13,942 nucleotides of DNA. Origin: Candidatus Bathyarchaeota archaeon (lineage in GTDB: Archaea; Thermoproteota; Bathyarchaeia; Bathyarchaeales; Bathycorpusculaceae). The stretch is taken from contig CAVZPM010000016.1 in the NCBI GenBank assembly GCA_963777155.1, forward strand, positions 1-13,942, given 5' to 3'. The position numbers and the translations under genes were made by a program. Positions within the stretch are counted from its first letter, which is position 1, and each line of letters starts with the position of its first letter. Below are positions 1 to 6,379 of this stretch, piece after piece. Below the pieces are notes generated by a model that worked only from the letters and a program-made list of their open reading frames with translations, was not told where the DNA came from and made no database searches.

Positions 1-36
1 CAAGATTCTTGAATCAAGTTCACTTATTTTGGGCAA
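1..36 (-). CDS. 5' end of a probable Lrp/AsnC-family HTH regulator (partial, runs off the left edge; not in the ORF track)
   Basis: Minus strand reads TTG CCC AAA ATA AGT GAA CTT GAT TCA AGA ATC TTG = MPKISELDSRIL. This matches the Lrp N-terminal 'IDEIDAKIL' motif of the neighbouring paralogues. A purine-rich GGAGAAAAGGGA lies upstream. The frame is also open to an alternative TTG at 114. Confidence 0.6.
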   Translation of the reverse strand, partial: MPKISELDSRIL

Positions 37-173
37 ATTTTTTCCCTTTTCTCCGACGTTTTTTAGGTATTCGAATCTCTGATTTCTTTTCTTTCTCTTG
101 ATTATTTCAGTCAAAATTTCCGATGGTTATTGGATTATGTCGAAATTGAATGATTTGCCTTTTAACAAGTTCG

Positions 174-1187
174 TTAAAAGGTTGATATATATTGGCGTGG
201 GCTTGGCCATTTCTTCCATTCTTCGTTTATTCTTGAAATTTCCTGTTCAATTTTTCTTATTCCTGAAATTTTTCCAATCTGTTCTTGAATGTTAAGCAGT
301 TGACCTATGTCCTGAACCATTGCATATATTTGTAGGTCACAGTCTCCAGATGTCTTCATAATGCTTATGATATTGGGTATTCTGCTGACTTTTTCAACAA
401 TCAAATTTGGCTTTTCATTGGAAATAGTAGCGAAAAAAATACACATCGCTTGGTATCCGATTCTACTAAGATTAATTTGAATTGTTACTTTTAATGCGCC
501 TTTTTTCTTCAGCTTTTCATATCTTCTTTTTGCTGTGTCAGGTGAAATTCCTATTTCTTTAGCCAGAACATCCATTTGGATTCGACCGTTCTCAGCCAGT
601 GTATCTGCTATTTTTTGATCGATTTCATCAATAATTACAGTTTGAGTGTCTTTTTCATTTTTCTTAATTTCATGATTCTCCTTTATTGTGTCTTTCAGAT
701 CTTGGGTGACAAATGCTAGATTCTGGTTCATTTCTTTTACATCTGTCCAGATCGCTGTTTTCATTTCCAAAACTGGAAAATTATTTTTTATCGAATCCTT
801 AACCATGTTCAGCTGCTCAAGCGTTTTAAGGATCACTACTACGTCCACAGTTCCTTTTACTTCCTTATTGAAGGCAGAATAAACCTCTGGCTTTTTTTGT
901 AAGTACTCGACGAGTTTGTCTGCTTGCTGGGCGTCCATGTAGATTAACATGTGTGCAACTGCTTTGTAACCAAAACTTTTGTAGTTAATGTGAATCGTAG
1001 CGCCAGTAATAACTCCAGTTGCTTCCAATTGGCGATAATTTTTATTAACAACTTTTTTAGTTAGGCCTAGTTTTTTTGCAATCTCTGTTTCAGTTTTGCG
1101 TCCATCCTCTATTAATTCTTTAAGAATTTTTGCTTGGACTTTTGTAACTTGCTCAGTTAAGATTGATACCCCTTGTTGAACATTCAC
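174..1187 (-). CDS. Lrp/AsnC-family transcriptional regulator with two fused HTH+RAM units
   Basis: Unit 1: QAKILKELIEDGRKTETEIAKKLGL...INYKSFGY. Unit 2: IDEIDQKIADTLAENGRIQMDVLAKEIGISPDTAKRRYEKL...INLSRIGY...TSGDCDL. At 337 aa it is about twice the length of a normal Lrp. Confidence 0.93.
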   Translation of the reverse strand: MNVQQGVSILTEQVTKVQAKILKELIEDGRKTETEIAKKLGLTKKVVNKNYRQLEATGVITGATIHINYKSFGYKAVAHMLIYMDAQQADKLVEYLQKKPEVYSAFNKEVKGTVDVVVILKTLEQLNMVKDSIKNNFPVLEMKTAIWTDVKEMNQNLAFVTQDLKDTIKENHEIKKNEKDTQTVIIDEIDQKIADTLAENGRIQMDVLAKEIGISPDTAKRRYEKLKKKGALKVTIQINLSRIGYQAMCIFFATISNEKPNLIVEKVSRIPNIISIMKTSGDCDLQIYAMVQDIGQLLNIQEQIGKISGIRKIEQEISRINEEWKKWPSPRQYISTF

Positions 1188-1270
1188 GAAGGTTTTTTAT
1201 CATAATTAATATTGTGGTGTATTTAGTCTTTTACATAGGCTGTTTCATGTCAGGAATCTTAAATTAACAA

Positions 1271-1311
1271 GATAATATTGCCATTTGACAAACTAAAAAG
1301 GCAATATTATC
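1271..1311. promoter_or_regulatory. Perfect 12-bp inverted repeat, candidate Lrp operator
   Basis: GATAATATTGCC (1271-1282) and GGCAATATTATC (1300-1311) with a 17-bp spacer. It lies between the divergent lrp start and the TATA box at 1338. Confidence 0.7.
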
Positions 1312-1330
1312 GATTAAATCCAAGTTTTTT

Positions 1331-1345
1331 ATAAAGTTTTATATA
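1331..1345 (+). promoter_or_regulatory. BRE/TATA promoter (ATAAAGT-TTTATATA), predicted TSS about 1370
   Basis: Consensus archaeal TATA box TTTATATA at 1338-1345, preceded by an A-rich BRE-like run. No protein-coding start follows for about 300 nt. Confidence 0.65.
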
Positions 1346-1369
1346 CGAAGGAAGCGCTCGATTCTTTTC

Positions 1370-1530
1370 GTTAGAAAGAGAAAGAAAAGTGTTGCAATAG
1401 GTGGAGATGTGGGGCTGAGTAGGCTTTAGTAACTATTAACGAAATAGCCAATAGTTAAAAGAAGAGCTTTGCATTTGCTCTTTTTCTCCTTAAACCAGAG
1501 CCTCAGCAAACCCTAACATTTCTAAACATT
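1370..1530 (+). ncRNA. Candidate structured small RNA: long closing stem enclosing two hairpins; putative antisense regulator
   Basis: Outer stem pairs 1402-1430 with 1494-1524 (UGGAGAUGU/ACAUUUCUA, GGG/CCC, GCUGAG/CUCAGC, GCUUU/AGAGC). Hairpin A is AACUAUU/AAUAGUU (1431-1456). Hairpin B is AAGAGC/GCUCUU (1462-1482). It lies downstream of a TATA box. The ends are approximate. Confidence 0.6.
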
Positions 1531-1621
1531 CGGCGGGCGTCTTATTTGCCAAAAAGGTAATGCTTCAATGTAAACCCAACCCTATGAGAATCGCTCGTTT
1601 CGTCGATTATGTTGGCGCTAC

Positions 1622-1635
1622 AAAAATGATATATG
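1622..1635 (+). promoter_or_regulatory. Possible weak BRE/TATA for a near-leaderless MFS transcript
   Basis: AAAAAT-GATATATG ends about 25 nt before the ATG at 1661. Confidence 0.3.
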
Positions 1636-1660
1636 CATCTGAGGGAACTACAAGGAATTC

Positions 1661-2888
1661 ATGAACAGGCAACCTAACGGGGTTAATGAACGACTTAGGA
1701 CCTTGTTGTTGCCTACTTTAGTATTATGCACTTTCGTTGGATTTACGATAACCGCTTTTGTTAGCACGCTCCTTGTGGATCTTGCAGAATCTTTTAAGGT
1801 TTCAATCGGAACAGCGAGTGAACTTGTACTGATTAGTAGTCTCACAGGGCTAATCGTGGGAGTGGTTATGAGTGCAATTTCCATTAAATTCAAACATAGG
1901 TCTCTATTTCTCGTCGGAATGTCAGTTTTTACGATTGGTACATTTGGTTTCTTCTTGGCACAGACCTTTATCGACTTGTTTTTAGCCAATTTCTGGTTGC
2001 AGCTGGCTCTACAATTATCTCAATCATGACTTACGCCTTGATTGGGGATCAGTTTCCATTGAAGAAAAGAGGCTGGGCTATCGGTCTGCTCGTTTCAGGC
2101 GGAATGGCTGCGTTCATTATTGTTGCACCCTTGTCAGGGCTGATTGCAGGCTTAGCAGGGTGGCGGTCGAGTGCTCTCCTGGTTCATAATACCCGCTTCA
2201 TTAGTTTGCGTGGCTCTGAGTTTAATTTGTATTCCTTCGAATCAGCCTAAATTAGACCCTTCAAGCCAATCTCTCTATTTGCAAGCATACAAACGCATTT
2301 TTCTTTGCAAATCAACAGTTGCTTGTCTCATAGGTACAACGCTTGTTTCGTTCATAAGTGTCGTTCCTATGTACGCTGTATCCTTTTACAGAACTGCTGA
2401 GTCTGTTTCCCCGATTGTGGGCGGAGTTTTTTCTTCAATCGCTGGTGTGGGAGCGGTTGTCGGGGGGATAGTTGGAGGAAAATTAGTTAATAGGTTTGGC
2501 AGAAAGTCACTAGCTGTTATATTTTACTTCGTTTCAGGCGTAACTGTGCATTCTTTTTACTTTCATTCCAATAATTGGTGTTTCGGTGGCTATATGGGCT
2601 CTGGCAGCTGCCACGGGAACCTTGGGAATGGCTGGTCTAACCAGCTTAACGCTGGAACAGGTTCCAACATTTAGGGCATCGATGATGTCGATTAGCGGAT
2701 CCTTCCAAAATGTAGGAATGGCTTTAGGGGCAATTATTGGCGGATTAGTGCTAAATTACTTTCATAACAACTTTCAACTTCTAATGACTGTTCTCGGGTC
2801 ACTTGGAGCTTCCGCCGCCATAGTGCTCTTTCTTTTCACAAATGACCCATACACAGACGGGTCTCCGAGCAAAAAACCCAAAGCCTGA
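1661..2888 (+). CDS. MFS transporter, split by three frameshifts (about 1992, 2170, 2550); sequencing error or pseudogene
   Basis: Four overlapping ORFs join into a hydrophobic protein of about 408 aa with MFS motifs: SIKFKHRSL, LIGDQFPLKKRGWAIG, GWRSV, GGKLVNRFGRK, EQVPTFRASMMS...GMALGAIIGG. Confidence 0.85.
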
Positions 2889-2976
2889 TTCATAATAATT
2901 TGTTGAAATTACCCTGTGAATTTGGGCTCGGATTTTTATTTGTGTACTCGCTATTTAGTGAAGGACTGATGCCTGC

Positions 2977-3410
2977 TTGGCTGAACAAGAACTGAATTCA
3001 ACGTTGTTCCACACTTATGTGTTTCTTGTAAAGACTGGGAAACCTGTTGGTCCCAGGGATTTGATGCGTGGAGCCAACCTGAGCAGTCCAAGCGTCGCCT
3101 ACCGTAACCTGCAGAGACTAATGGATTTGGGTTTAGTTGCCAAAGACGAGTACGGCAACTACATTGTTAAGAAAAAGGTCGCTATGAGTGGATATGTTTG
3201 GGTTGGAAAAACCCTCATCCCAAGCTTCGCCGTCTACGGCTTTATTTTTCTAGGCGTTTTAATCGCAGAAATTCTCGTATCTGATTCCCTCATATGCTAA
3301 AGGGTTCTGCCATAGAGGAGTCATTCTGGCTTTTAACGGTAGTTACTGTTGTTTCTGCAGCAGTTTTTCTGATTGAAGCATGGCGGTTTAGGAAAAAGTC
3401 AAAACATTAA
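2977..3410 (+). CDS. Winged-HTH protein with two C-terminal TM helices (membrane-anchored regulator-like), frameshifted near 3280-3290
   Basis: N-terminal GPRDLMRGANLSSPSVAYRNLQRLMDLGLVAKDEYGNY resembles a wHTH. TM1 is FAVYGFIFLGVLIAEILV. After the shift the sequence continues HMLKGSAIEESFWLLTVVTVVSAAVFLIEAWRFRKKSKH to a stop at 3410. Confidence 0.75.
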
Positions 3411-3440
3411 CTTACTCGCTTTTTTGTGGTTCAAAGCTAT

Positions 3441-4499
3441 TTATGGCCAATATTTGGGCGCGATAGCCTCGCTGTCGATTAGTGAAGGAAACAGGTTAAG
3501 AGGCCAAGCTGGTGGCAGCATAGTCAAATGGACCGTTATCGACTCTACTCCGGTTATTTTTCTGATTTTTATATTAGCATCAAACATCTGTTCAAAATCC
3601 TCAAGGACAAGTCCACAATACAAATCATAGCTGCCGATTAGCCTAATGATAACTATTAGGTTTGGGATTTCAAGTATTTGAGCGTAAATTTCATTCATTT
3701 TGCTACGGTTGGAGATTTTTAAGTACAGGTTTGCAAAAGCTTTGTATCCCAATTTGGAGAGGTCAACAGTTATGCTGGAAGAAGTGAACAAGTTATTTCT
3801 TAGTTTTTTGTACCTTTGAATTATAGTCTTACTTGAAACATTCAGTTCTGTGGCAATTTTTTTGAAGGGTGTGCGTGCATTTATGGAAAGGATTTTTGCA
3901 ATCTTTTTATCAATTTCGTCTAGCGCAATAACTGGTCGTTCTTGATGATTGTTTATCAAGACTTTTCTGTCTTGTCGGTTATTTTCCTTTAACGGTTTGA
4001 TGATTAAGTTTTCTGGGTATTCTATGTTTGCTGCCTTCGCCCAGATTAATGCATCTACATGTTTAATGCAACTGTTAGCTTCCATCTCCTCGATAATATC
4101 GTGCAACTTTTTGAGGTTTCGTATAGCTACTTTGCCAAGGAAGTTGTAATTGCCACATGGACCGACTAATCCAGCAATGTAAGGTTTGGTTTCGAGGAAT
4201 TTTGTTACTTCTTTGTCATCTTCAATCGCGTTCGTTATGCATAGATCAACAATGTGTTGGTATCCCAAGCAGTGAGGGTTAATGAGCATTACTTCGCCGT
4301 TTATTACGCCTTCTTTCCATAGCTGTTTGTAACGTATTCTAACAGCTGTGACGGTAATTTTGCAGGCGGCAGCGATATCGGTGAAACTGGTGCGGGATTC
4401 CAATAAGAGTATCTTCAGTATTTTTGCATCAATTTCATCGATTTTCACTTTAGTTGCCAAAGTTACCTTGACCTCTACAAAACTTGGAATCTTAACCAT
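3441..4499 (-). CDS. Lrp/AsnC-family regulator with two fused HTH+RAM units (true start may be TTG at 4460)
   Basis: Unit 1: IDEIDAKILKILLLESRTSFTDIAAAC...INPHCLGY. Unit 2: LDEIDKKIAKILSINARTPFKKIATELNVS...VDLSKLGY...IGSYDL. An SD-like GAGGT precedes TTG 4460. Confidence 0.93.
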   Translation of the reverse strand: MVKIPSFVEVKVTLATKVKIDEIDAKILKILLLESRTSFTDIAAACKITVTAVRIRYKQLWKEGVINGEVMLINPHCLGYQHIVDLCITNAIEDDKEVTKFLETKPYIAGLVGPCGNYNFLGKVAIRNLKKLHDIIEEMEANSCIKHVDALIWAKAANIEYPENLIIKPLKENNRQDRKVLINNHQERPVIALDEIDKKIAKILSINARTPFKKIATELNVSSKTIIQRYKKLRNNLFTSSSITVDLSKLGYKAFANLYLKISNRSKMNEIYAQILEIPNLIVIIRLIGSYDLYCGLVLEDFEQMFDANIKIRKITGVESITVHLTMLPPAWPLNLFPSLIDSEAIAPKYWP

Positions 4500-4704
4500 G
4501 CAAAACGTGATGCTTTATTTAAGATTTTTCAAATCTATTGAGAAAAATATGTTTAGTGTATCTCTGTATTTGTCTGTTTAAGGTCTATTATCTGAATAAT
4601 AAATAAAATAGTTTGTCCAATCTTCGTTCATTTTACAAATTCTGGCAACGGACTTTCCCTACAATGTTTTTTCTCGCAAATTCGATATGTGAGCAGTTGT
4701 TTTT

Positions 4705-6090
4705 CTATTTTCTCCTAAGTTTTAATTTTACATCTGAAATTAGGTTGGCAGCAAAAATCAACGCTGTAGATAACTTGAACCTTCTTTTCTTCTCAAAGAG
4801 AAATGCAGTGCGCAGGTAGTAATGGTGGAACGCACCTTCTCTTAGTTTACCCAGGTCTTTCATACTCAGCCACGGTGTCTCAAAGATTGGGTGGGTCGTG
4901 TCGTAGAGATCAAAGTCGGTTACTCTAAGCCATCCCTTCTCCTTAACCATGTCATACATAGGGGTTCCTGGAAACGGCGTTGCCACGTTGTAGAAGCCTA
5001 CATCATCGGGAGCGATTTTTTCTACAAACTTTATAGTTTTCCATGCACTCTTCTTTGTTTCGCCTGGGAAACCCAAAATTACGTTTGGAACAGGTTTTAA
5101 GCCGAGTTCTCGGACCCAACCGAGGACTTTAATGGTTAATTCGGGGCTGATTCCTTTTTTCATTGCATCTAAAACCTGCTGGGTTCCGGATTCAACTCCG
5201 AACCAAACGGTGATGCATCCAGCCTCCTTCATCTTCGCAAGCAGATCTTTAGTTATCATGTCGACACGTGTTCCACAGTTCCACTGAATCTTTAATCCGC
5301 GCTTTAGGATTTCGCTACAAAGCTCTTCAGTTCGGGGCTGGTCAACCGTGAAGGCGTCGTCACAGAAAGTAAACTTGCTAATACCATAGGTCTTGTTTAG
5401 AAACTCTAATTCGTCAACTACATTTTTTGGGCTTCGCATTCGGTATTTGCGTCCATGCATCCTAACGGTTGTGCAGAATTCGCACCAGTAAACGCATCCT
5501 CTGCTGGTTGCCAGGTAAAGTACGTCTTCGAGTTCACGGAACTTCTCCATAGGCCAAAGGTGACGAGCAGGAAAAGGTAGACTATCTAAGTCTTCAATGT
5601 ATGGTCTGTCGGGGTTTCTTGTGATTTTCCCGTCTTTTCGACAAGTGATACCCAAAACGTCATCGTAACTTTTTCCTGCCTCTATTCTCTGCACAAGCTC
5701 CAACATCGTGTTTTCACCTTCTCTTCTAACTACAACGTCAAGTTCTGGGCATTCTTCGAGGGCTTTGTCATCCCAAAACGTGACATGGGAGCCGCCGGCG
5801 ATGGTTATGCAGTTTGGGCAAGCTTGTTTTGCAATCTTTACCAGTTTAAGTCCCGACTGATAAGTGAGCGTAGAGGATGTGACTCCAACGATGTCTGGTT
5901 GACGCTTACTAATTTCGCTTCTAAACTCTTCAGGTGAGAGCTTTAGCACTTGGCAATCGATTACGTCAACTTTGTAGTTGTTTTTCTCTAAGACTGCCGC
6001 TAAGTATCCTAAGCCTAACAGTGCAAAGGGCATGTGCATTGCAGCGCCAACTGGAGCAGATGGGTTAACCAAAGTTACATGAGGCTTCAT
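4705..6090 (-). CDS. Cobalamin-binding-domain radical SAM protein (class B methyltransferase-like)
   Basis: N-terminal B12-binding domain (LGLGYLAAVL, PDIVGVTS, IAGGSHVT, VVRREGE, DLDSLPFPAR), then TSRGCVYWCEFC (CxxxCxxC), FCDDAFT, FGVESG, ILGFPGET, TPFPGTPMY. Confidence 0.93.
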   Translation of the reverse strand: MKPHVTLVNPSAPVGAAMHMPFALLGLGYLAAVLEKNNYKVDVIDCQVLKLSPEEFRSEISKRQPDIVGVTSSTLTYQSGLKLVKIAKQACPNCITIAGGSHVTFWDDKALEECPELDVVVRREGENTMLELVQRIEAGKSYDDVLGITCRKDGKITRNPDRPYIEDLDSLPFPARHLWPMEKFRELEDVLYLATSRGCVYWCEFCTTVRMHGRKYRMRSPKNVVDELEFLNKTYGISKFTFCDDAFTVDQPRTEELCSEILKRGLKIQWNCGTRVDMITKDLLAKMKEAGCITVWFGVESGTQQVLDAMKKGISPELTIKVLGWVRELGLKPVPNVILGFPGETKKSAWKTIKFVEKIAPDDVGFYNVATPFPGTPMYDMVKEKGWLRVTDFDLYDTTHPIFETPWLSMKDLGKLREGAFHHYYLRTAFLFEKKRRFKLSTALIFAANLISDVKLKLRRK

Positions 6091-6324
6091 TTTCTAGTCA
6101 CTATTTGTTGTTCAAAAAGAGACGCTTTATGCTTAAACATTTCGCCTAGATCGATAAAAAGCCAAAAGAGCAGAAGAAATCAAATTCAGAAAAACGTCAA
6201 CTTGAAAACACAAGGTGATGTAAATACTTCGTATTGGTCTACCAAAGTGAAACACTCAAACATCATTGTTTTAAGTTTAACAGCATAATTTCAGTCAATT
6301 TACAGCTGTCAAACTCATTTATTG

Positions 6325-6338
6325 GATAAATTTATAAA
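6325..6338 (+). promoter_or_regulatory. BRE/TATA promoter of the beta-propeller gene; SD AGGAG at 6364-6368
   Basis: GGATAAA-TTTATAAA with TATA at 6331-6338. Predicted TSS is about 6360 and the ATG is at 6380. Confidence 0.7.
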
Positions 6339-6379
6339 CAAAACAAATATTTCACTATAGGTTAGGAGAAATAAGAAAA

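Noticed and set aside
1407-1418. GGTGGAG-ATG TGG GGC TGA (MWG) micro-ORF on the + strand
   Set aside because: Only three codons, the SD directly abuts the start, and it is buried in the stem.
1411-1445. GGGGCTGAG...CGAAA resembles a TPP riboswitch or hammerhead ribozyme core
   Set aside because: It lacks the TPP CUGAGA/ACCUGAU/AGGGA elements and the hammerhead CUGANGA core, and CUGAG is base-paired in the outer stem.
4524-4601. Imperfect palindromes upstream of the second lrp (ATTTTTC...GAAAAAT; TATTA-N6-TAATA)
   Set aside because: Short, almost purely A/T, and unlike the 1271-1311 motif.
6345-6352. AAATATTT downstream of the beta-propeller TATA as a further operator half-site
   Set aside because: Only the 6-bp AT core matches, which is expected by chance in AT-rich intergenic DNA.
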